A stretch of DNA of 63,987 bases, filler included, from Octopus bimaculoides (Eukaryota), in the NCBI RefSeq assembly GCF_001194135.2. It is 8 parts of 7 records of this genome, joined end to end, with 100 filler letters (N's around TTAATTAATTAA, not from the genome) between each part and the next. Parts side by side here need not be neighbours in the genome. Positions count along the whole stretch, not along the records: positions 36,326 to 48,180 come from NC_068985.1; positions 48,281 to 52,531 come from NC_068986.1; 6 more parts are not named here. The stretch is one strand, 5' to 3'. This document shows, piece after piece, positions 37,651 to 50,075 of the stretch. Under the pieces are notes generated by a model, which was given only the letters and a program-made list of their open reading frames with translations, was not told where the DNA came from and did not search any database. Position 1 is the first letter of the stretch, and every line of letters starts with the position of its first letter. The translations under genes were made by a program, and so were the position numbers.

Positions 37651-38379
37651 ACCTGTCGATCCAAACTCCAATTACAGAGATATATGTATATATACATGTA
37701 TATGTATATATATATATANNNNNNNNNNNNNNNNNNNNNNNNNNNNNNNNNNNNNNNNNNNNNNNNNNNNNNNNNNNNNNNNNNNNNNNNNNNNNNNNNN
37801 NNNNNNNNNNNNNNNNNNNNNNNNNNNNNNNNNNNNNNNNNNNNNNNNNNNNNNNNNNNNNNNNNNNNNNNNNNNNNNNNNNNNNNNNNNNNNNNNNNNN
37901 NNNNNNNNNNNNNNNNNNNNNNNNNNNNNNNNNNNNNNNNNNNNNNNNNNNNNNNNNNNNNNNNNNNNNNNNNNNNNNNNNNNNNNNNNNNNNNNNNNNN
38001 NNNNNNNNNNNNNNNNNNNNNNNNNNNNNNNNNNNNNNNNNNNNNNNNNNNNNNNNNNNNNNNNNNNNNNNNNNNNNNNNNNNNNNNNNNNNNNNNNNNN
38101 NNNNNNNNNNNNNNNNNNNNNNNNNNNNNNNNNNNNNNNNNNNNNNNNNNNNNNNNNNNNNNNNNNNNNNNNNNNNNNNNNNNNNNNNNNNNNNNNNNNN
38201 NNNNNNNNNNNNNNNNNNNNNNNNNNNNNCATGACTTAAATAAGTAAAACAATAACGGGTATGTCTTCTAGTATATAAATATATACATATATATATATGT
38301 TTGTTTTCGTGTGTGTTTGTGTGTGTGTGTGTGTCTCTGTGTGTGTGTCTGTGTGTGTGTGTATGTGTGTCTGTGTGTC

Positions 38380-38446
<67 letters not shown>

Positions 38447-39479
38447 CTGGCGGTGGATGATAGCACCCGCATTGCTAGAAATGAATGTCGAAGCTCGTGA
38501 TAGGCAGAAGCACAGCACAAGTCCATGTGTTGACTTGTGATATATTTGTGGCTATAAGGGTATTTGTTTCTTAATTCTAGCAATACCATGCGCCCCAGTC
38601 ACTATTAATGACAACTGAATTATTCGTTTTCGATTTTATATTGCGTCAAACCATATATATTTGTTTCGGCCTTTGCCTGAATGGAGAGATTGCTTTCATA
38701 GAATGAAATTAGAATGTTTACATTTATTGTTCCAACAGTAATTTTGACGATAAGAGCATTTCTTCATACTAGTAATAAAAATCAAAGGTTTCTCATTAAA
38801 ATGATAAACCAACGTTTTGCACGCATGCTTATCTTTCAAACCTCGTTATTTTATTACACTCAAGTCGTTAGTTAGATATCTATATCAGGAAGCACGTGAT
38901 GATACCTGAAATACACTGTTCGTACTAAAGATAGTTGTATTCAATAAATTAATGGATTAGTTATTGAAATTATTTATCGGAGAATTGAATGTCACGTCCA
39001 AACAGTTGTACTTAAAGGAAAACGTAACATACATCTATTAAAATTTTTAATATTATACTGATAAAATTACCAATCATATAAAGACTATACAAAATAGTCT
39101 TTATAATGTCTTCATTATTTACTAAAAATGAGTTACATCATATTCAACATTTTAAATAAGTCTAGATTCTCTTACAAATACCTATTTATCCGTAGTATTA
39201 CGTAAATGTTAACCTATGAAACGATATATTATTCTACATTCTATCGATATAGAAATATACTTTCTTCCCAGTAAGTATATATTATATTTATTCGGCACAA
39301 AAATAACTTAAAATTTCATTCTTCCACTTGATTAAGCCAGAGAAAACGGGAAATTAATTTATCAGAATTGAAGCAGTTCTGCTGGTGAATCGACTCAAAT
39401 CTGGAACTCATATAATTTGAAATTTGTTTTCTTTTTTTCGATTTCTGGGAAATCGAAAAAAAAAATGGCTTTCTCTGTG

Positions 39480-39649
39480 TCATTCGAGCTGTATGAAGTT
39501 CGAACGATTTTGCTGAGGTCGTGAAGGTGGCGGACTACATTGGTCTGTTAGTTGTGGAGCTCGCCTATCACTCTTCCACTGCTGCTGACCAGAGTTGCCA
39601 TTATGGCTCGCGGCACGATCTTGGAATTTACGGTCTTTGGATTTCTCAT
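39480..39649 (-). CDS. Putative terminal coding exon of an unidentified host gene
   Basis: Acceptor-like tcttaaattatcag then phase-1 frame (D)EKSKDRKFQDRAASHNGNSGQQQWKSDRRAPQLTDQCSPPPSRPQQNRSNFIQLE*; GC and CpG richer than its flanks. Confidence 0.35.
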
Positions 39650-40844
39650 CTGATAATTTAAGATTGATATATAAATGACGATTTAATTTATTAGTAGTTG
39701 GTAATCGATCAATAAAATTNNNNNNNNNNNNNNNNNNNNNNNNNNNNNNNNNNNNNNNNNNNNNNNNNNNNNNNNNNNNNNNNNNNNNNNNNNNNNNNNN
39801 NNNNNNNNNNNNNNNNNNNNNNNNNNNNNNNNNNNNNNNNNNNNNNNNNNNNNNNNNNNNNNNNNNNNNNNNNATATATATATATATATATATATATAAT
39901 AAAATAGTGAGATCCAATACGGTCGGGCTACAGACACTTGGATAGCCTCATAGAGAGATAAGGCTTATAGAGATAACAGAACGTAGTTGATAATCGGTCA
40001 ATAAAGTTTTGTTTCATATGGAATTAGACATACATACTCACAAGATAAACACCACCCTAGTACATAGCAAAAAATGTTACTAATATCGCTATAACAAGTA
40101 AGTGGCGGATGAGAAAGGGATTGGTAGTTATTTAAACACCTGTTTCAAAAGACTAGGCGAACGCTTTTATGTAAATTTCCAGTGTTATATAATTCCCTCT
40201 TTTAAGGTATTTTGTTACTCGTGGTTTAAAACTCCATAGTCGTAATGAATTCGCTAAGTGGAATCCGGAATTGAATTTGGCTTGAGATATCGGGAAATGG
40301 ATTTGCCCAGCAAAACCGCTAACAATTCGTACAATTGATCAGTCGAGAGACGAGTGAAAGTAGGATTTTCTCACCGAACCAATCAATCGTCTCCTCTACA
40401 AAGAGATTCAAGTAATTGAAGTCCTTTTCTTATAGCCATAAATTAAATTTATAGGTATAGGTTTGTGCTAAAAAGATTATAAGTGATAAATATCATCACT
40501 GTATGTTAATAAAAATTGTTACATAAAAAGGCATTTTCTATTATCCTCGTCGTTGCGATAAAAATAAAAAGATATACATTTCAGATATAATATTGTTCAG
40601 AGACACTTGTATTCTTACAATACTACATACAGACACAGCTGTAGAAATGAGTTGCGACGTCACAGGTGCTAAGCTGTATCGGCATTTGCGTTTCCCTTGG
40701 ATAACACTGGTGGCAGGGAGAGGGGAGGCCGGTTTTCATGGGCGACTGCTGCTCTTCCATAAACAACATTGCCTGGATATGTGCTTGGGAGGGTAACTTT
40801 CTAGGTGCAATCCCATGGTCAGTCATGATCGAAGGGGGTCTCAG

Positions 40845-40876
<32 letters not shown>

Positions 40877-40914
40877 CACACACATATATATATAGGAAAA
40901 TGAAAAAAAAAGGC

Positions 40915-41616
40915 AGAATGCTAAACTGGAAGCATATTTTAATAAAGATTTCTAACCGGTTTTCATTGCGAAAGCAAATTATCAAGAAGAAGGAGAATGA
41001 AAATGTTTTTTACAAAGAAGTACAGAATGAAGAAAATAATATATCAAAAAATAATATATAAAAAAATAAAAATACGCATACATTATATTGTCTTTGAGCT
41101 TTTGAAGTTGAATAGTAGTTCATGTATATAATGGTAGGAAAAATAAGGATGCATGAGAGTTGAGAGTTTTGTTAGATTTAAAAAAGGGTTAAAAGTTTGT
41201 GTTAAGCAGGAAATGTGGTGTCAAAACGGGAAGTGTGTGTAAGGGGAGACAAATGTTTTTAGTTGGAGTTATGAACTCTTTTTCAACAGGAAATTTGTGT
41301 CTGTTCCTAGAGAAATGAGGTCACTGAGGGGTGTGTGTGTGTGTTAAGAAATGGTTGGAATTTGTTTATGAAAGGATTCTCCTTGTTGATTATTTCTTGT
41401 GTGGAGATTCTGTCTTTACATTGATAGAAAGGGAATATAATGAATTTAGGGTTTTTATTTCTGGCGCAAGAGTCTATGTGGCCACTGAGTGGAATTTGGC
41501 GGTATTGAGGGAGATTTATTTGTTCCTTATGGACTGCTACTCTTCTACGCAGGTTGCCAAAACTTCTATATCGGACAGACGAGCCTCCTGTTGCGCAATG
41601 AAAACCGGTTAGAAAT

Positions 41617-41621
<5 letters not shown>
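40915..41621 (-). mobile_element. Penelope-like insertion with internal inversion and hammerhead-like terminal repeat
   Basis: Minus-strand RRRVAVHKEQI..YRQIPLSGHIDSC..FPFYQCK..FINKFQPFLN (41335-41547); plus-strand AGCQNFYIGQTSLLLR (41549-41596); perfect 27-bp inverted repeat 40943-40969 / 41595-41621. Confidence 0.8.
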
Positions 41622-41658
<37 letters not shown>

Positions 41659-41904
41659 AATTGAACTGAATTCAACTAGTTTCGGCTTAAGAGTTGTGGA
41701 CATGCTGGGGCACCATATATATGTATGTATTTATGTATGTACACACACACACACACACACACATACATCGCCACATCGTGGTTCATCTATCGTTGTTCAC
41801 CAACGCAGTATATTATTCAAGCTTACGTCGACTGCACTTATAAAAGAATAAATATATATACGCTATAAAAATAATTAACAAGAATATACAGTACTGTTTC
41901 TTCT

Positions 41905-43148
41905 AGTACATGTTTAATCTTCTTATAACAGAGGAGCTACAGCAAATATTCTGCACGATGACATCAATTGTTTGTCAGTTGATTCAGCTTAGCCAATTGA
42001 GCATGCTCCCTTGGTGGATGACAATAAGTGCATTTCTGATCACGATCAGAAGTAGCAATGGAACATCATAGTCGTGTGTTGAGAGCAATTCCTTGGGCTT
42101 TGAAAAATTCACCTCTGAAAACATGGGTGTTTCGCTCATCATACTTAAACCTTATTCATGGACCTTTTGAGCGGGATGGCCTACTCATTGTGAAAATATT
42201 CTAAGTGGGCTGCTACCTGCAAGGTCATGTGCTGTTTATCTTGATATGGTATCACCATGTTGCGCACATATGCTTGTTACGCATGTGTCTGGTGTGCACT
42301 TACTAGACGATTATTCATGATGGGTATATTGGGCTTCGTATTTTTGTAACCCATGTCACTTGGATGATAATTATGATAGTCCATTATTATAATAGAAATA
42401 ATTATACTACTCCAATGTAGTATGAACTTCAAACATTATCAATATCAACAGTGGCATTTTCCATAGGTACTTTCACCTTTAATTTCTTGCATAGCGATAA
42501 TACCACTAACAAGTGAACTTAAGAGACCAGGGTATGGGTATAAAATTGACAGCAAGAAAATAAGCCGTGAAGAAAAATGGAATAGATCCAAAGTGCCAGA
42601 ACTACAACGATGTGAATTAATTGGTGGACCACCTAATTTCTAAGTGTAAAGTTTTAGCACCTGCAGAGTACATACAGGAAGACATGACAGAATTGGTTAA
42701 TATCTAGACTGGTTAATATGTCGGCATTATGAAATGATAACTGATGACAAATGGCACAATCACTCCCCACCCCCAGGTTGAAACTAAAGGAGTAAATGTA
42801 ACGATTCTTTAGGACATACCAGTACATACAGACCGGCCCACCAAAGCTAAGAAACCAGATATTGTCGTGAAAGACCAAAACAATAAAGTCTGTTTATTGA
42901 TCCACATGAAAACTCGGTAAAAGAATTTGATAAGCTCAGTAAATTGAAATATTTGCTCATTGAGATCGAAAACATGTGGCATCTCAAAGCCTTTATAATA
43001 TCAGTATTTGTAGGAGCAGTTGGAATGATAAAAGAAAGAACACAAAAATATTCGAGTACTATCCTAGGCTTAACATTAATGCAAGAAGGGCAAAAGGTTG
43101 TTTTAACTAATACATCACACGTATGGAGAAGAGCATTTTTACTGTAAA
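41905..43148 (+). mobile_element. R4/Dong-type (REL-endonuclease) non-LTR retrotransposon, heavily deleted
   Basis: Putative 5' UTR 41905-42375 (also at 46700-47165 on -), then IIPLTSELKRPGYGYKI, HLISKCKVLAP..HDRIG, KPDIVVKD, KEFDKLSK..IEIENMWHLK..VGAVGMI. Confidence 0.8.
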
Positions 43149-43479
43149 TTCTCTTTCCCTTTCCCCTCCCTTTTCTTCCTTTTCTTTCTTTTCTTTTCAT
43201 TTCTGTCTTTTCTTTTCATTTCTTTTCTATTTAGAAAAAAGTGTTTTACCTTTCTTTTTCTTTCTCTCTTTCTACCTCTTTTTTTATCACATGACTTTGT
43301 AAATGAACAGAATGGTATTCATTTAAAATCCATATCAATGTATGCAGTGAGTTTCTTTACCCTAGGCGTCGGGAACACACTCTGCAAGAAATGAAAATAA
43401 AACTGAAAGAAGAGGATAATAATAGTAATATCACATTTTGTTCCCCAGAGATGATAAAACAAAGCTCTTAAGACCTACA

Positions 43480-43905
43480 GTCACATAACAACAATATACA
43501 ACAATATACAAATCCCTATCCAAATGGAACTCACATATGCTTTTCTCATTAACAACATCTTTCCGATGAGATAAAAGGCATTTAAACATGAGTCATACGG
43601 ATGCAGGAATCAACTGTAGCAGAAGACCATTCAGAACCTTGGTGTCAGTTGGATAACGGAATTCTTTGAGATATTCAAAATTTCACCAGTAACGAGGAGT
43701 TTTTGTATCTCATACCATGAAGCTCTACAAACGACCTTAATTCTCAACGCTGACTCTAAAACTATAAACGCTGGAAAATTCAATATTAATTTTGGAATCT
43801 TTCAAGGAGATTCGTTATCTCCTTTGCTATTCTGCTTTGCACTGTTTCTTTTAAGTAAACACCTGAAAGAAGCAAAATATGGGTACAAAGTGTTTAGAAA
43901 AAGTA
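43480..43905 (+). pseudogene. R4/Dong-type RT fragment
   Basis: GIFQGDSLSPLLFCFALFLLSKHLKEAKYGYK. Confidence 0.78.
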
Positions 43906-44161
43906 AGTTATTCATCGTTATACGAAAGAATTGAAATTTTGCATTTTCCCAGATGGCCGACCTACAGTCCTGTGTAAAGTGAGGACAGAGAGAAAACGTT
44001 TAGGAATCTAAAATTTTGTTTCACCCTCACGTCCCCTATCGTTCGAGCACTGCGATCAGTGAAAATTCCACTTAGCGTTCTATAGAGGATTAGTAGTAGA
44101 ATAAGTTGACTTTATTGGGTAAACTTTGGGCACGACAAAAAATCAACTGACTTATCTATTC

Positions 44162-44162
<1 letters not shown>

Positions 44163-44208
<46 letters not shown>

Positions 44209-44238
44209 GTAGTAGTAGTAGTAGTAGTAGTACCAGCT

Positions 44239-44320
<82 letters not shown>

Positions 44321-44430
44321 GATATTGGAAGGGCTCATTCAGTGAATAGTCGAGAACATTTCCCAACAACCATGCAATCATGTATGCTCGTTTGTTATTT
44401 TGTGCTTTCTAGTGCAGAGAATATATCTTA
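44163..44430. repeat. Microsatellite module copy 1: (ATT)n(AGT)n-accagctt-(ACT)n plus ~110-bp unique tail
   Basis: Recurs at 45143-45400 with the same centre taccagctta and the same tail. Confidence 0.8.
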
Positions 44431-45140
44431 CTTTCAGTCTTGTATGCAACGATAACTTGCAGAATTTCCTGTTTTCTGTTTTTGCAGCGCTACCGATGTG
44501 GGAAGAAGCACTACCAATTCGCGAAACCTATATAGGTACGGTAGTATCGCCAGACAAGCATGTCAGAGATGTGTGTAAAGCGACGAAACAGTTCTTCATA
44601 CTTTTAGACCCCGATCGTAGACCCCGATCGTAGCTGTCTTACGCAGTTATGTTGAATAGTTGCTATCACCTGTAGGACGGATGAGGCTATAAACTGTGCC
44701 CATTCTGAATATTGACCCACCGCCTTCATCTTTCCGGGAGGGAAGGTACTTTTCATCTATTAGGTATTCGTGACAAAAACAGGGTGTGTAGTCTGCAAGA
44801 CTGAAAGGACTGAAGAAAGACACTTTATTATCAACTTCTTCAAATTTAACTTGAGATTTGAACTAGAAGGAGACCGAGTTGTTGCCTTCCATCAAATTCT
44901 TTGAAAGTGTATGAAAGTGGCGAATATGGTTCCAGTGGATGGGTCTTGTTAGAGAATGCAGTTACACTGTGGAGGGTTCTTGTCTATGGTGTCAGGGTGA
45001 CCGTGCTTTTTGTATGTCTCCACAATTTAACCCGGGAGGCACCTTATCGGGGAATTTTGTGTTTAAAATAAGGTTAGTGTACTTTTCTTGTTCGGCATAT
45101 GTTTGCACATCAAAACCCTCCTTGTCTGAGTGCTTATAAA

Positions 45141-45142
<2 letters not shown>

Positions 45143-45186
<44 letters not shown>

Positions 45187-45188
45187 TT

Positions 45189-45240
<52 letters not shown>

Positions 45241-45400
45241 CAGCAGCAGCAGTACCAGCTTACTACTACTAGTACCACTACTACTACTGATATTGGATGG
45301 GTTCATTCATTGAATAGCCGAGAACAGTTCCCAACACTCGTGCAATCATGTATGCTCGTTTGTTATTTTGGGCTTTCTAGTGAGGAGAATATATCTTACT
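45143..45400. repeat. Microsatellite module copy 2
   Basis: Homologous to 44163-44430. Confidence 0.8.
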
Positions 45401-46199
45401 TATAGGTGTATTGTCTGCCGTAGTGATTTTGTATATCACTGAGTTGTCACTGCCACTAAAAACATTTTCTTTATAATTCTGAAAGCAATAAATAATTTGG
45501 AACAGTTTCTGTTTCCATCCTCCCTCTCATCTTGGTTATTTAAAATTTCTATTGTCTCTTTACTTGTGTAAATTATGAATCACTTTCATGAATAAATCGT
45601 CGACTGTCGAAACACGTACATCGGTTAAATACATTATGTTATTCATGATGCCTTTTTTAACGTATCTATTATATTTTTCTTAATCTACTTATGTCTGTAC
45701 AGTAAATCAATGTGAAATATTTTGTAGTGCAACTTATACAATGTATTTTGTTTAAATATTTTATAAAGTTAGCAACTATTTTAGTATTTGATTTTGGCAT
45801 GCATTAGTTTTACTGAATAATGAATGTCTAGTAATATTGATTTATCTAGTAAAATTGATTTATTAAATGAATACCAAAAAATAATCCTTTAGTGTCAGAT
45901 ATAAACTCTACCTTCGTATGACAAAAATAATTTACCCATAAATATCTCCCCAGACGTCTACAGAAACTTTTTATTATATAATTAATTATCAAGTGGTGAA
46001 AAAGCTTTCTTCGTGTCATTTGTAAGCCCACTCAGATTGTTAAAATCAACAAAGAAGATAATGAGCTTTTATAACAGATGACTGACGGCCGATCTATTTC
46101 AAACGGTTGCAACTATGTAGAGCGGGAATTAGAGGGGGACGAAACGCAATAAGAAACAAATAGAATCTATTAAAATTTCTTCGAAAGGAAACGAAAATA

Positions 46200-47165
46200 A
46201 ATGATTGAGGAGCTGCTGAAAGAACGGAGGAGCAATGAATATGATTCCCATTTAGAATATCTGTGGAACTCTTGTATGGAACTATCTGTGTATGGACCAT
46301 TTGTGGAACCGAACTTCTTATATATGAGCTGTGCATTCAGAATCAACGACTGCCACATTTCTAGAATAAACCCCAATTTGCAGATGATTTCAACACGCTT
46401 ATCATTTTGTCATACTGATCCTATATTCCATTTGTCATAGTATCTGACTGATACTTGTCTTGTTTTTATGACTGCTTCTTCTTATATAGTTCACATTTTC
46501 AGAGGTATTCGAACTATCTTTCAAGAATTATTTATTCAAATTTTATTCTCTTGTCTTTGATTTTATACCTCATATTGAGCATGTCATTACATTCTGCAGT
46601 TTTCTTTTATATAGTGGCAGATGATGGAATTGCTTTTCAATCGAAATCATCAACCACCTCTATTCAACCTTCAGTATTTCTTATCATAGGCCTTGTTCAT
46701 TCTTCAGTCACGCTAGGTTACAAATATACGAAGCCCAATGTACCTATCGTGAGTAGCCGCTTGATAAGTTGCATCAGGCACATGCATCACGACCTTGTGT
46801 GCGTAACATGGTAACCTCATATCAAGATTAACAACGTATGACCTTGCAGGTAGAAACCCAGATAAAACTTTCGTTAGGCTGAGTAGCCCATCTCGCTCGA
46901 AAGGTACCTGAATAACGTTTGGTTAATCTTGATGAATGAAGCACTAATGTTGCCAGAACTGAATTATTCAAACATCAAAGAATTCGTCTCATCACATGTA
47001 TATGATGCACTTCCACTAGTGTTGCTCTTATAGAGATACACATATCATCAACCACAAAGGAAACATGCTCAACTGTTTATGGTCAAGCAACTGGCAAGCA
47101 AATCTACGGTATTAAGTTGAATGTTTGTAGTGGCCTATATTTTACAGAAACACAAAACATGTACA
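46200..47165 (-). mobile_element. R4/Dong-type element 5' portion (UTR and ORF N-terminal relic)
   Basis: 46700-47165 is reverse-complement homologous to 41905-42375; followed by a decayed lysine-rich ORF. Confidence 0.55.
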
Positions 47166-47274
47166 TCATTTAAGATCAGAAGCTAATTTCTATTATTATT
47201 ATTATTATTATTATTATTGTTATTATTATTATTATTATTATCATCATTATTATTATTATTATTATTATTATTAG

Positions 47275-47790
47275 TTACTTGTAATCTGCATGTTTGTTTC
47301 AATCACTTTCCGAGAGAAACCCACTAGAGTGATTGAAGGATAAGAGATTTTACAGTATGACTGAAAGCTTGGGGAGGGTATTTGACAGGGGCAGTAGCGA
47401 AATATATTCATGTATTACAACACAGACATTTAAATTTATAGGGTTTTTCTAAGGGTGTGGGCAGTACTTGTCAGCACAACCTTTGGTTTTCTCTGAGACA
47501 TGGTTAACTTGGGATATTTTGTAGATGTTTCTGAAATTCATTTCTTATCATAACTAGGGCACCCACAATAACAAGAACGGGTCTCGCTTTAAGATGGCAC
47601 ATCAATATCCTGGTCCTTATATTTCCTTAATTTGTCAAATTCTATAATATATAATTTTATCAGTGGAGACTCTTTAATCTATTAGTGTGCAAGTATTTTC
47701 TTCACTATCTTTAATGAACATGTCTGGTTGATTAGCCTGGGTCGTTCTATCAGTGTTGACTGGAAGTTATGCAGCATTAGGGTAATGGCA
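47275..47790 (-). mobile_element. R4/Dong-type 3' fragment (older)
   Basis: ANQPDMFIKD..EFDKLRKYKDQDI..VLVIVGALVMI; ends in an (AAT)n tract. Confidence 0.7.
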
Positions 47791-47799
47791 CTGCATTAT

Positions 47800-48180
47800 T
47801 TTATTATTATTATTATTATTGTTCAGTAGTTTTATTTTTATAACGTGCTTTCACTTCACTACCGAGCGCAGCTCTGTGCGCCTTGGGTATGTGCTGTGGT
47901 TTGCTGTGGTGCTCTTATGCTTACTGTATTGAAAGTGTTTTGCGTAGAATGTGTGCAGTACCTAGTAGTGCAAGTTTCTGTATGTTATGTATATTTGTAA
48001 GTCCTGGTATTTTTGTTATGTATTTGTCTGAATATTTTTTTTATTATACCTAAGGCACCTACTATGATAGGAATTGTTTCTGTTTTTAGATTCCACATTC
48101 GAGTTATCTCTATTTCCAGGTCTTTGTATTTTGAAAGTTTTTCCATTTCTTTTAGAGAAACGTTGTCATCTGCTGGTGTT
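47800..48180 (-). mobile_element. R4/Dong-type 3' end (younger) with 3' UTR and (AAT)n tail
   Basis: Open frame TPADDNVSLKEMEKLSKYKDLEIEITRMWNLKTETIPIIVGALGIIKK..LGTAHILRKTLSIQ*. Confidence 0.88.
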
Positions 48181-48280
48181 NNNNNNNNNNNNNNNNNNNN
48201 NNNNNNNNNNNNNNNNNNNNNNNNTTAATTAATTAANNNNNNNNNNNNNNNNNNNNNNNNNNNNNNNNNNNNNNNNNNNN

Positions 48281-48623
48281 TCGCGGTCGTAGGATTGCGG
48301 TGTCGATACCTAGACCGGATGTTGCGAGTGTTTATTGAGCGAAAACACCTAAAGCTCCACGAGGCTCCGGCAGGGGATGGTGGCGAACCATACTGTAGTC
48401 TTTCAGCACAATTTTTTCTCATTCTTTTTTCCTGCTTCTGTTGTACCCGTATTTGAAACGGCCAGCATCTTCACACTCTGTGTCACGCTGAATCTCCTCG
48501 TGAACTACGTTAAGAGTACCCGTATCTGTGGAGTGCTCAACCACATGTACGTTAATTCCATGAGCAGGCTGTTTTGTTGATCGGATCAACTGGTACCCTC
48601 GACGTCGTAACCGACGGGGTGCC
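48281..48623 (+). mobile_element. SINE-C copy
   Basis: Reverse complement of the 16891 copy. Confidence 0.83.
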
Positions 48624-48769
48624 ACGATGTGTTCGTGTTTGTATACGTTTGTAAGTATGCTTGTACTTTCATGAGTGTGTCGTGAGAAATTGGACAATGC
48701 ATATAACATGTGCACTATAATAATAGAAAAACACTTTTCCTGAGAGAACTTGCTGCATGCAACAAAGCC

Positions 48770-50075
48770 CTATGCATAGTACTCGTGGAAATTTACCTCG
48801 GTTCCGTTATAGAGGATGCAGAAATACACGTACCAAATTATGCCATATTGCGAACAGAAGGAAAATGAGCTGTGGTAGAGTTGCTGTATACATCCATGAT
48901 GACCTCACACCCCAGGTTTTACTGCCATGCTCAAATTCAGCATGTGAAGCTCAAACTGTATACATAAAACAACGCATTATAGTCATATGCAATACATATT
49001 GCCCATCGGATACACCAAACCGCATAAGCAAGTTTGAAGATTCACAAGAATTAAAAAAATAGTTATAAAACTGGAATACCACGTGAACATATTTCTTATG
49101 TGTGATTTCAACTTTCCCAGTGTCCAAATAGCTCGAAGGCCTCATGCTGTCAGGAATGACTCATTACAATCAAGCACAGGTAGAGTCCCTGCTCAACCTC
49201 ACAATGCCCTATTCATGGAGCAATTTCTACTAAGGCGTATAGCATTTTCGTTTTCTGCTTCACGAACAATATGAACAACATTCATGATGGAAAATTCCGG
49301 TATGATTTGGACAATGTTCATGATGCTAGCTACGCAGACGATACGAAAATCACACAGAAAAAGAGAACCCCCAGCGATGTTGCACATCTGCACAGTGCAG
49401 ATGACTGGCTGGCTGGATCTTGAGAACATTCAGAAACAGAGATGAGGAAACTATGATGGTCCTCTGGTGGACATTCGTTCTCAGCCGTCTGTATTACTGC
49501 TCCCGGCAGTGGTCACCCAAAAGTGTAAAATTAACAGCGGACCTTCAAGCAATCTAGCGAAGCTTCACAAAGAAGATCTCTTTGTAACAATTCACCTACT
49601 GGGAAAGGCTGAAACAGCTAAAACTCTACTCTCTTGAGCGAAGGCGGGTGAAGTATGCATTAATATACATCTGGAAGATCTTGAAAGGAATTGTGCCAAA
49701 GTTTGTCTTTGAATGCCAGACCTATGCCAGAACGGGTCGACACTGCACTGTGCTAAAGATCCCAGCAAATCCATCGTGCTTCAGGAGCAGTTTACTGCAA
49801 CAGCCTGAGATTCAGTGGCCCACAGCTTTTTAATATTCTCCCAAGGAGCCTGAGTTACCTGCACAAAACAGATGTAGACGATTTTAAATCAAGGCTGCAT
49901 CTCCTCTTGTCGAGTATCGCAGATGAACGTACCTTACGGCAAGAGATGCAAATGAGTGTAGCTACATCAAACTCCATTCTTCACATATTAGAGAAGGCTC
50001 TCAGTAATATCAATATAGCAAAACGACGGTGCTCCAGCATGGCCACGACTCTGAGCTGAAACTACAGTAAAAACA
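48770..50075 (+). mobile_element. CR1/L2-group LINE, internally deleted, with intact 3' end
   Basis: APE motifs (DAEIHVPNY, RVAVYIHDDL, NIFLMCDFNFP), C-terminal LKLYSLERRR..IYIWKIL, tail cggtgctccagcatggccac..gctgaaac. Confidence 0.82.

Noticed and set aside
44488-44535. 48-nt exon-like segment with a strong acceptor and a GT donor
   Set aside because: No recognisable peptide and no partner exons; such sites arise by chance.
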